From: Raillietiella orientalis
Taxonomy: Eukaryota
Direction of reading: 5' to 3'
Length of the DNA: 64,000 nt
NCBI GenBank assembly: GCA_036172245.1
Contig: JAYWIR010000015.1
Span: 3,720,001-3,784,000 of the forward strand
Shown in pieces: positions 51,062 through 62,041 of this stretch (position 1 is the first letter of the stretch; each line of letters opens with the position of its first letter). The translations under genes were made by a program, and so were the position numbers. The notes under the pieces were generated by a model, which worked only from the letters and a program-made list of their open reading frames with translations, was not told the DNA's origin and did not search any database.

Positions 51062-53493
51062 ATGGGAAAAGATAAAAGGGAATTCTTTGTGGGTGATCGA
51101 GTATTTGCCAAAGTACGTGGTTACCCACCATGGCCTGCTAGGGTGAGTTTTTATTATTCTATAAATCACATTTATAAGATAGTAGGAAATGAAATTCATG
51201 GAGACCATATTTAATATTTCAGGTTCAGGAAGTTGTTAATCCAGGAACTCGGCAAGTGCGCTATAGCATTTTTTTCTACGGTACTTATGAAAGGTGAGCA
51301 CTTTTTTGCAATGTTGATAATAAATGGGTTGAATATCAAGGTAGTAGTAAGAGTTCTGCTGTGATCTTATTATCAACCCTAGAGAAATAAGAAGTATGCC
51401 GACATTAGTCTTAAAGAGGGGCTTTTTGTGCGATGACTTCTTACATGCAATCTTTTTTCAGAGCAACTCTCAAACCAGAAGATGTATTTGCTTATGAGCA
51501 GAATAAAGAACGCTTTGGAATGCCTCAGAAGCGCCGATTTTTTAATGAGGGCATGGATGAAATTGAAAATCAACCTTTCATCCAAGGTCCCCCTCAACCA
51601 GCAACAGAAGTTAAAACACCATCATCAAAACCTGTCAAAGCCGTGCCACGCTTCACTCAGCCAGAAGATAGTGAAGAGGAGGGTAAATTAGTTATTGATG
51701 AAGAGGAACGCCGTCAGAAGAAGCGAAAATTAGCAGAGAGCATTGATATGGTAAGTGGATGCTGTAATAGAATAAACAACAAACAGATTTTCTGCTGGGC
51801 TAGGAAGCAGCATTGAAAAAAGTTAAGCGATCACAGCCATCATTAAAAACATCCCCAAGTCCAGAAGAACCAGTTCAAATTAGTCGAAGTGGTCGGAAAA
51901 TTAAGCCAAAACGTTTTGATGATGACTTTGCTAGTCTCCAAAACAGCAAAGGTGGTAGTCGCCATGACGAATTCGATGATTTGGATGCCTCATATAAAAA
52001 AACTCAGTCATTGGATGAGTTATCTGAGGCTTCCTCACCTTCCCAACTTCGTTATTCTACTTCACCTAATTCAGTAGAGACTAGTGATGGAAGTGCTTCT
52101 GAAGTAGAATCGGAAAAATCCACCCCTCAAGTTGAGAGGGCTTCTTTTATGGAGTCTGTTGAAAACAAGGGAGCTTTGGGTCAGAAAGGAAAGAAAACTC
52201 CAGACAGTGCAGAAAATGGTGATACAGGGGTCAAGTCTCGTGCAGATGATTCTGGAAGCAAAGCTCATACTTCAGGTCACGAGAAAAAGATGAAACCCAA
52301 ATTATCAGCAGTAAGATTGATACAGTAAATAAGTTGTCATGTTTCATTTTTTTTTTTTTTTTTTCCTCTATTAGACAAAGAATGAAAGTCGCTCTGAAGA
52401 GAAACCCAAAATTCGTGAGAAAAAAATTCATGAAATTGATTTGTTTGCAAAAGCTCAACCACTTCCTGATAAAAGTCGCACTCATCGGGACCGCAGGAGA
52501 TCAGTACCTGAGCAAAAGCAAATAAATCGAGATGTATCAGCTGTTACCCGAAAGGCTGATGAAGCTGTAGCTAGTCAGCCTCCTGCAACTCCCCGAGGGA
52601 AAGTTTTATCTGTTCAGGCCCATTGTGGAGAAATGGTTGACATTGTGTATGATGAAGATCGGCCTGAAAAATTTGAATCAGAGGAAGCACGCATTCAGTG
52701 GGACACAGCAACTGCGCGCAATTTGTTACGACTAAGTCGACAAATTGAGAGTGGTGAATATGTACCACCTGAGTTGAGTGCCAAGTTGGCAGCAAGTCTT
52801 CTGGACAAGCAAAATGAAAAACAAAGCAAAAAAAAGAGCAAACTGCTGGAGAAGAAGCGTAGCCTGCTTAAGTGAGTTTTCAAATGCCAATTTTTGATTG
52901 AACAGCCCTATTAGGTGGTTACGTTGTGAAGAACGACTTGTATATTTGGACAAAGAGATTCGCAGGAAGCTTCAGCAAGGCACCAATGAGACCGACCAAG
53001 CAAAGTGTCTAAATCTTATGCAAGATCTACTTGACATGACGCTGGCACCATTGATGCTTATTAAGAATCCAGAGGTTGTTGTTACAGTACGCAAGGTAAA
53101 TGCTGCCTTTGTGTACATACATCATTATGATCTCTCAGCAGTGCATGAATTATGCTTTGAGTTCATCCATACGTAGACGGGCTGAAAAGCTCTACAACCA
53201 TTTTCGTTCCCTTTTCACTGTTCCTGAAGATAATACTTTTTGGGATGTGTTTCTGGAACATGTTGAGAGATTTCAGGAACAGACTAGGGATATGCCAGAA
53301 AACCTGCGTCTTCTGATTACTAGAGATCCCCAGTGTAAGTTGAGCAGGATTCAATGCAGTTATCATTTTGAATTCAATAGACTTGAAGACTAAGCAGATG
53401 AATAATGAGGGAATATCTGAGTCTGATGATGAGCTTGATATGGAAGAATTGAGAAGGATTGCAGCTGGAAATAGTGACAATGACAACAATTAG
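51062..53493 (+). CDS. PWWP + LEDGF/integrase-binding-domain chromatin protein (PSIP1/HDGFL2/JASPer family)
   Basis: Exons 51062-51142, 51223-51293, 51462-51750, 51804-52310, 52375-52871, 52915-53095, 53139/53142-53334, 53381-53493. PWWP motifs GDRVFAKVRGYPPWPARV, YSIFFYGTYE, FNEGMDEIEN; basic motif SRSGRKIKPKRF; IBD-like KCLNLMQDL..PLMLIKNPEVVVTVRK..IRRRAEKLYNHFRSLF. Confidence 0.92.
51326..51448 (+). ncRNA. Intronic box H/ACA guide RNA, probable scaRNA for U2 snRNA U7 (or U6)
   Basis: Lies in the 168-nt intron 2 of the PWWP gene. Stem GGGTTGA/TCAACCC, H box AGAGAA 51381-51386, stem AAGAAGT/ACTTCTT, ACA 51443-51445. Pocket strands GCCGA and GCGAT are complementary to the U2 5' end AUCGC-UUC-UCGGC. 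Confidence 0.75.
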
Positions 53494-54139
53494 CATTTCA
53501 ACCGTCAGTTCTGTACCCTTTCTCAGCAAACATGATTGTGCTGTGGCAAATATTTTTGTGAATAAAATCCCAAATTTTTGGAATGGTGTGTATAAGAAAA
53601 TGCATATGTTGGTTCAGTACGAAAGTTTGAAGTGTTGTATTCCTGTTTAATAATGTACAATCAACAACATGCTTTATATTCTGTTTTCATGAAGAGAGAC
53701 AAATTAGTTTTGCAAGGCAAAATCATATCTAGGTAAAACACTCGAATAAAACTGTATCTTAGGAGAAATAAAAATCTGTCTTGAGAATGTGCAAAAAATG
53801 CTGTTTCACATTGTATGTTTCATGCGTAGTTTTTTTTTTTTTCTTCTTCTTCATTTGAGGTATTTTCAAAGTTATGCTTCCACCATATGATTGCATAATT
53901 ATCTTCATAATTCAAAAACCTGGTGGATTAGATTCCAATACAAATCTAATTTAAGAGAAAGGAGCTTAAAATAAAGTAAATTTGTTTGGTTTTTGTAATC
54001 AAACATTCTTTAAAACACGTAATAATCAAGTACCATTCACAACAATGATCAAGTACCATTTTTGATTTTGAAGAACACCTCATTTTGTGTTTATGGGGTA
54101 TTATAATATAAAGTGATATAAGTGTGATGTCACAAAACA

Positions 54140-55400
54140 AAAAAAGCATGCCTGGACTGTCTGGACAGGTTCCTGACACAAGTGCAGTTCATGGTACAAG
54201 ACACCATCTTCAACATGAAATTATATATAAATCCAATTTAAGAGGAAGGAGATTAAACAAGGACGGAGCAGATTAGCAAACGTCTCAGAGTTACAGGATC
54301 TGCAGCAGCTCATCAGACACATCAGCTCCTGGGACTTGTGGCCACAGGTGTTCCACTGAGCCTACACAAGATGGCTCAACAGGACTGATGGTCTAGTGTC
54401 CACCCTGTCCAGACCACCAAGACAGTAGAAGAGTGAGCCAAAGTGACACAGGAAGCAAGACCTAGTTTAGAAAGTAGAATTCTAGGGCCCCTTTTCCCAT
54501 TTGAATATCAGGTGAATGCCTGATGGAAAATTCAAGATCATTCCAAAAAGCAGGAAACTCTGGGCCAAGGAGCTGACCATGGTCACTCTGCTTTTCATAA
54601 AAGTACTATAGGCCACAAAAAGATGGCTCCAGAAGTTAGAGACGTTAACCATTGGAGACTGTGAGAACTTGGCAACCAGTGGGAATCCTTGCTCCCAAAA
54701 TGCGAGTTCTGCTTCATAAGCAATGTCTGCAAGGGTGGGCAGCATACAAGTTTCGCCAACTCTGGTAGGACCAGGGCTCGCAGCATACCACAGTCAACCC
54801 TGAGTAGTGGATGGCCACATCAAGCAGAAGACTACCTCCACAGAAGCTTTGGGATCAACGTGGACAAGATTTGAGAAACCAGTCTTGAACCCACACTTTA
54901 TTGGGATGATTCTCTGATGTCCAAACTGCTTCCAGAGATTCAAGACTGCCTCAACGTTCTAGCACAGAGCATGGACAGCACAAAAATCTGTACCAGGAAT
55001 TCGAGCAATGAAAGCTGCTTCTCAATGACACATCTCTACACTTGGAAAACCTTCCCTCTCAAGACTGGAGAATGGTCAAGCAGGTAATAGAATTACCAGA
55101 AGTCCTGAATAGGGTCCTTCAAGGACTCCTCCGAGGATAGTGAGTTGTCCCCCTGTTCAAGTTGAGAGTCATTTTGGCCATCTTCATACAAAGATTCTCA
55201 TCAGGAGGACAAAGCTTCATAGAGGTGTGCAGGAATCCACCAGGAATATACTGGTGAGCCTGCTCAGGAGAGAGGCATAGCAGGGTGCCAGACAGGACCA
55301 TCAGCTACACCCTGCAAACAAGTGCAAACAATGCAAGTCGAACATCAGATAACATAGAGACTAAGAGAGCAGGGGCAGTGTTATGCAGTAGCCAATCCAC
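54140..55400. mobile_element. Possible decayed transposable-element relic, family not identifiable
   Basis: GC-elevated but CpG-poor block inside AT-rich DNA, with broken minus-strand reading frames and a minisatellite at its right edge. No transposase or RT motif recognised. Confidence 0.3.
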
Positions 55401-55409
55401 CCTACCCCT

Positions 55410-55490
55410 CCCTTGATTATTCCACCCTTGATTATTCCCTTCCCTATTATCCCTTGATTATTCCCTTATTAATCCACCCTTGATTATTCC
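55410..55490. repeat. Minisatellite, four copies of CCCTTGATTATTCC
   Basis: Exact copies at 55410, 55425, 55451 and 55477. Confidence 0.85.
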
Positions 55491-58400
55491 CTTCCATCTC
55501 CCACCCCACTCCTTCCCAATTTCTCACCTCTTTGCTTACTGCAAAACAATCTTTGCCTGGTGGAAAAGATAAGGAAAGACAATAACAAAACAATTATAAC
55601 GAAAAACATGAAGTGTCTTTGCACTTCTTAGTTGTTCGATAATTGTAACTGTTAAAGGAAAAAAATTCACCCCACCACAAGTCAGACTGAGGAAAAGCAT
55701 GCCTTGGTAAGTTTTTGAATAAATTAAAAGGAAAGCAGTAACTTGAGAAACACCAACTTCTGTGACTAATTTATATAGCATTGTCTATTTAGGTTATTTC
55801 CCAGTACTAAAAACATATATATATTGAAACCTAAAAATTGAATTTATGTTTTGCAAAGACCTCTTTTAAAATGAACAATTTTTCATAAATCACTTATGCA
55901 TATTGCAAAAGCCAGTGCAGCGCGGATTTACACTAAAATTATCCCCATGTAAGAATTATTGTAGACTTTGCTCCTCGAGAATGCAAACATTGCATGCTTA
56001 TTGGTATTTTTAAATGTGAACTGTTGGAAACTCATTGAGAAATTAAATACCATAAATTAAATACCATGGAAAAAAATTCACTGATGTTTACTCCTCTAAG
56101 ACATGCACTGGCAAGCTATCTGTGCACAAAGGCTTACATTGTTTTTGTTCAGTTTACAAATGACATTTGCAACCTAGAAATAAATTGAAGACTATGACCA
56201 CCTATGTATGGGCAGAGTGCAAGGTAATGAATGAAGATCATTGAATGGAGGCTGTTACTGAGCACCATGACAAAATAGGTGCTTGCTTCTTGTAAGCAAA
56301 CATCATTAATACAAGCAAAGCCTGTCCTTTCATACCATACTTTGTACATCACACTTAATAACATAATTAATGTGATGACAGAAATCATGGCCCATTTGCT
56401 TTTGAGAATTGGACTCTTCATTATTCTCTACAGAAACAATCTCATCCAAATGTGATGTGAACAAAAGCTCAGAAACTAGTTTGATATTAAAATCAGATAA
56501 TAACTACATAACTCCAAATGAAACACTACTGAATGTGAAACAAAATAAGAACTTCATAAAATTCAGTGACAAGAACACCAAACCCTGGCATTACATGTGG
56601 CATTCTTGTTTGAGTTTTTCCACAAGAATCTCTGAACTTTTAGCTTTCAACTTCCGCTTAACAGAACTTCTAATCACTAGAAGCTGCATTATTGACAGAC
56701 TTCCACAACTCTTCATTCCATTTAAACAATCGTATTATTCACACCAACTTATTTTTTTTCTTATCCTAACATTTTTTCAAATCACTATGTGAAAGGGAAA
56801 AAAAATCGGAAACTACCAAGTTATAAAAAACTACTGAGATTTAATTCAAAAAAGTATAAGTAATTTCAGAAGATTCTTTTTATCCATGTTGACATAAGGA
56901 TATATAAAGCTCAAACAAGAAAACAACTGGTGGTTAATTATTGCAATGTAATAATAATTCATAAGCTCTTTTCCATTCTCTTGAAAAATCTCAAGAATTC
57001 CTTCTGGCTATTCATCCAGGGATTCTTCGTGATTATGGAACCTTTTTTGGCACTACCCGAATGAAACAACCGATCCATACGTGGAAACTCATGAAAACGA
57101 TTAATAGTCGACGATTAGTTACTAAACGATTAGTTACTATCTTCTTTGTCAAGAGAAGTTCGGATCCTTCATTCACTTTAATGTGGATCGAGTGCAGTGC
57201 ATGACTATGAAATAGAAAAATGACACAAAAAGCAGTTTTCGAACAAAGCTAACATGCAATCTTGATTTGCTTTTTTTTTTTGGTATTTTGTCACAGAAAC
57301 AAATTAGTTTTTAATCTGACAAGAACTGGTAATTTGTTACGCATGGTATTAGTTTTTAATATCACACGTATCAACTTAGAATAACAGATGTAAATTAAGA
57401 CCTATTTATCATAAACAAGTGAAATTCTGAGACCCTCTGGAACCCGCAAACTCAATCCTTGGCAGATTTGCGCACGACTTAATCAAAATTTTACGATTTT
57501 TATATTTTCACCAAACAGGAAGCTTTGAGAAAAGATTCATTGCTTATTTCAGTTTGCATGGCTGCACCTAAATTTTTCAGCTTTCATGTTTTAAAAAACG
57601 CTAAAAATGTTTCCATATATGATACATACACCCATTAATATGTTATAGTGGATGATAGCTGTTATAATCCGATTAGTGATAATGGCATATTTATAGAGTC
57701 GTCGCTTGTAAAATTGAAGGAATTCCGTGAAAAGAATTCACGGACAGAATGCCCTCAAAAATGAGTCATTAATATGAAAATCAGATCTTACTGTAATGAA
57801 GAGCATACCGCTGTGTTCCGTATACGTTCTCCGAAATTTGTCCTATCAATAGTTCAGTTAAGAATCGATTCGTCAATAAAATTCCGAGTATACACAGACA
57901 TACATGCACCTTTGCAGGATGGATCATAGTTTTCCTTGAATGGTATAGAGGCTTATGTAGATTTTTTCAAAGCTTTTATAAAACTTTGTTTCATTGAATG
58001 AACCAAGGAAACAACCACTTCAGGAGTTCCCGTTTAACGAACTGATTATTTTGTATTTTCTATAATATTTTTGCAGAAGAAACAAAATTTGGAAAACTTT
58101 TTGCAGATTCTTTCAGTTGTCTTGATGAAAATCTCTCGTCTCAATTTTGGTTCACATTCAAATTGTGCTGAAAAAAAAAACAAAAGCCAAATTTAAAAGC
58201 CCATACAATTCTGAAACAGGAAAGTTTTAATCTATTTTCAAGAGAATTGCTGAATATGTTGAAATATACACACAAATGGGAATTAATTTACGAATACCAG
58301 AAATAATTCTTAGAATTGATCTGATTGTTTTTAATCCTTCATTATAGTAAATAATTTGGATCGTCATAGTGTTAGAAAACAATAAAAGACATAGTAAAGG

Positions 58401-60747
58401 GATTTCTCTGTATTTGTCAGGCCCACCGAAACAAAACTGTTTTAAGCAATTTTTGGTTGCAGCTTCCTGTGAGGAACAAATGAGATAAGCATTTTTGATT
58501 CAATTTTGTTCACTCGGAAAGTTCACTTTTTGGCTATTGACTTCACGTGGGATTGCTAAGGGAAGCTATCTGTTCATTTATTCGTAAGAGGTCATAAATT
58601 TACAATCAATTTTCCTTCACACTAATCACCTCATAATTACTGAGTTGATCCTTACTTAAGTATTAGTAGCAGCATTAATTCCAAAAATTTCGTGTCCTCA
58701 CCTAACTTTTTGTCTACAGAATGCAATGGTATTTATGACTATTGCTTTTGAGATGTCATTATAATGTGATTCTATTCAAAAGTGCTTGGAATCCACCTTC
58801 ATTTTCTTTTGAATCCGTATCAACAAGTTTCTGTAGGGAAATTGCAGAAAACAGTTCATACGCTTATATTTAAAAGATAAAAAAGAAACAATTTATCTTG
58901 TCTCTTTCTACTTAACAACATTCTCCGATATATGTATGTAACTCCTTAAGTTAATTGTATATTGCGATGTAATTTGGATATGTTCAGTTTGTTTAGACCC
59001 TATTTTGGTAGGTTGCAGGATTAAGAGTTTATTTTGCGATTTCTGTCCTTACTCTAGCATATTCTATAGACATATAAGTAAGTGAATAAAAACTTACAGC
59101 ATGTTCATCGCCTTTTCGTTTGGGATCTTCCAGAACCTCTTTTGTGCATGTCCTAGCATTTAATGTCTGCCTTGAACGTTAGCACTTTACGGAAATGATC
59201 AACAGTTAACTGTCGCTTTCAATTCGTTCCGGTAATCCCCTTCATGAAAGTGATATTTTACCATTCTCTTGCATTATATGAGTGTTTCAATAGGGAGAAG
59301 TTACTCCTAAAATGTCTGAGATCGTACGTCAGTATTGAGCTCACATAGCTTTATCAGTGGAAATTATCGATGACACTTCTACACTTTACCTAGTTTAAAG
59401 CATTCATATATCCAGAGATTTGTAAAACAATAAAACTCTTCCTACATTTCTTCGCATTGGTCTAAAAACGGCAATTATTTTTAGGGGATATTCATTCAAT
59501 CCTATCACAACTATTTGCTGATTAAAATATCTAGATTGGAAATTATTCGAGAAAAGGTAAAAAAAATCCCCTAAAAGCTTTCACTTCCAATTGGGAACAA
59601 GCACGGAATTAGTTCCTGTCCAACTGAAGTACTTAATGCTATTTAGGATTCTTTCCCAAAGTCAGGGTGAACAAAGGAGATGATGAACTGTTTCCTTTCT
59701 TATGTATTCTTTCGAAAAATATCCACATTTCATATACAGAAGGCTATTGATCTCCTTGAGTTAATGGCTTGAGGTACTCGTTTAACAAGTGAGTCTAAAG
59801 ATGAGAAGCATTTGCTCAGAGTTCATAAATCTTTCTTTTGCTTATGGGAAGATGCTTGCTTTCTTATGGAAAGAGAAGATAATCGTTTAGGAAATCTACT
59901 GAAATAGATAGTGAAGAAGCGAAATAACAGAATGCAGCAGAATAAAAGAGAACTTTGAAATCAAGATGAGAATAATGACATTGATCAAACCAATTTATTA
60001 AATGAAATAAAACAATTGCAACTGTGTAACATAAAGGGAAAAATCCCTACATGGTCATAAGTATATTAAACCGAAGACTGATTTGGAGAACAAATTGATT
60101 GGCTTTGTACAATCAATATGTAATTAATGAAATGCATGAGAATTGGCTTTCTTAGATGAGTACATTGTAATATCGTTCATTCATTACATACATCTTTCGT
60201 TTATCGCATTTTATTTCTCCATCTTTTGATAAAACTACCTTCATTTCATGTATTTAGATTAATGTTGTCTAAAAATATTCTTCCGTTATGAATACTTCAT
60301 CTAAAGTGGATACAATGGTTCGAAAACTAAATGGATCTTAGTGATTCCATAATATTATCTAATCATTTACCGGTTCCACCCCAGAATTCTTCAGTCTAAG
60401 AATCATTTATAAGTTTTTACTCTGAATAATTATATCCTTTACCTATGTTCAACACTACTTCAGATTAACTAAAAATTCAGAAATATGAAGAAAATCTGAA
60501 ACTGCAACTTTAATTTTAAACCTCGTTTGTGAGTTCAATCGGAATGATAGTGATGTTTTGGAATATAAATAGAACGAATAAGTACATCAATTTTAAAAAT
60601 TGGTTTGAATACCTAAAATTAATCATCCTTCTTGAACTTCAAAGATCTAATGCAATCTTCCAAAAGAATAGCCATTTCACTTCTCACATATGAAATTGTA
60701 GCGAAAAAAATCATTGATGAGGATATTGGCTCTTCTACATCACATTT

Positions 60748-60760
60748 CATTTCCTCTTCC
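60748..60760 (+). promoter_or_regulatory. TCT/5'TOP-type pyrimidine initiator of RPS27
   Basis: Tract CATTTCCTCTTCC about 75 nt upstream of the RPS27 ATG, followed by a CpG-containing first exon. Typical of ribosomal protein genes. Confidence 0.55.
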
Positions 60761-60833
60761 AGCATAGCTAGGTTTTCTCGCGTTGCCGTCGTTCCAGCTA
60801 AGTCGTTCTAATCTTGTCAATGCCGAATTCAAG

Positions 60834-62041
60834 ATGCCTGTAAGTACACATGATTTCAATCAAAGGTTTGACAAGTTATTCTGAAATGTGTGAAACATAA
60901 TTGTGGACTAAGCATAGAGTCGCTCTTGATTGTATTAATTTTTGTAATGCAATCTGGTGGTAATGTACTTTTGACAATCCAGTTTTTTATAAATTTTCTG
61001 TGAAGTTCTAAGTTATTTCTTATTCCATTCATTACCTGAAAATTGGAAGAATGTCTAATTGTGAATGCCTTGTGAAATTGTAATTGTATTTGCTGTTAAC
61101 ACTGAACTTTCGTATTATACTTACTTTCGTGTTAGGCCGTTTTAACGACTATCGAAAAGCACGATAGATTTATTTTTCGCACTTAGTAGATTGTGATTTA
61201 AATAACACGTTTTAGTTTAATCAGCGCAAACGGAAATGAACTTTTAATATGCAGAACTTTCAGTTCAGTACTATTCTTTTAACTTCCTGATTTAACGAAA
61301 TAACGAAAAAAATTCAAGGCTACAAAAAAATGGCATGTTTGCAATCATTTCGGCAAATAGGAGATTTTTTTTAATTTGCCTTTTATGCCATACTGCGACT
61401 TGTGCAGTGCTCATGGTCATAATTCATTTGAACAGTAATCATCATTATTGTTGTATTATGACATGAAAAATAATTGCGTTGCCGAGAGTGAGCTGCAAAT
61501 TATTGCAGAACATAGTTACTCAACCTACAATTTACAGTTCTTCCATGTTTTTTTTTTTTTTTTAGCTTGCAAAGGATTTGTTACATCCATTACCAGAAGA
61601 GGAAAGAAGAAAGCATAAGCTGAAAAGGCTTGTGCAACACCCAAATTCATATTTCATGGACGTCAAGTGCCCAGGTATTGAAAAGTAAACTGTTCCTTTT
61701 TTTAATGTAATGTGAAATGTTTGTAGGCTGTTACAAAATCACAACAGTGTTCAGTCATGCTCAGACAGTGGTGCTGTGTGTTGGGTGTTCCACCATGCTC
61801 TGTCAACCCACAGGTGGGCGTGCACGACTTACGGAAGGTAAGACAAAAGTTAAATGCCAAGTTTGCAGCTTCTATTGGAGATAGAGTCACATCCTGTGTC
61901 GGTCACTTGTTTGTGCTTAAATTTCCATAAACAAACAGCTGGAACATTGCACTCTAAATTACTGAATTGTAGGGTCACCTAAGTCCAGCCATAATTTTTT
62001 GCTTTGTTTTAGGATGCTCCTTTCGGAAAAAACAGCACTGA
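60834..62041 (+). CDS. RPS27: 40S ribosomal protein S27 (eS27)
   Basis: Exons 60834-60839 (ATGCCT|gtaagt), 61566-61674, 61727-61837, 62013-62041. They give [83 protein letters not shown] at 62099-62104. Confidence 0.98.
61411..61532 (+). ncRNA. Intronic box H/ACA snoRNA guiding a 28S helix-69 pseudouridine (SNORA74/U19/snR191-equivalent site)
   Basis: RPS27 intron 1. Hairpin GTCATAAT/ATTATGAC, H box AAAATA 61467-61472, second hairpin, ACA 61527-61529. Pocket GAGAGT + TAGTTACT pairs with 28S AGUAACUA-UG-ACUCUC, with 14 nt from pocket to ACA. Confidence 0.82.
61877..61996 (+). ncRNA. Intronic box H/ACA snoRNA, SNORA3(ACA3)/snR11-like
   Basis: RPS27 intron 3 (175 nt). Stem GGAGAT/ATTTCC; pocket TAGAGTC + GCTTAA pairs with 28S UUGAGC-UU-GACUCUA, 14 nt from H box AAACAA 61929-61934. 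Second stem GCTGGA/TCCAGC ends in the variant box ATA at 61991-61993. Confidence 0.78.

Noticed and set aside
55410..55490. Repeat-spacer pattern as a CRISPR array
   Set aside because: 14-nt repeats with short repeat-derived spacers in a eukaryotic context with no cas genes; it is a minisatellite.
56149..56792. 127-aa (+) and 90-aa (-) ORFs between the PWWP gene and RPS27
   Set aside because: Non-ATG starts in the ORF track, no recognisable motifs and no supporting exon chain.
60847..60979. Possible further H/ACA RNA at the start of RPS27 intron 1
   Set aside because: Hairpins and ACATAA/ACA are present, but the pockets do not satisfy the 14-16 nt rule with any target I can recognise, and it starts 7 nt from the donor.
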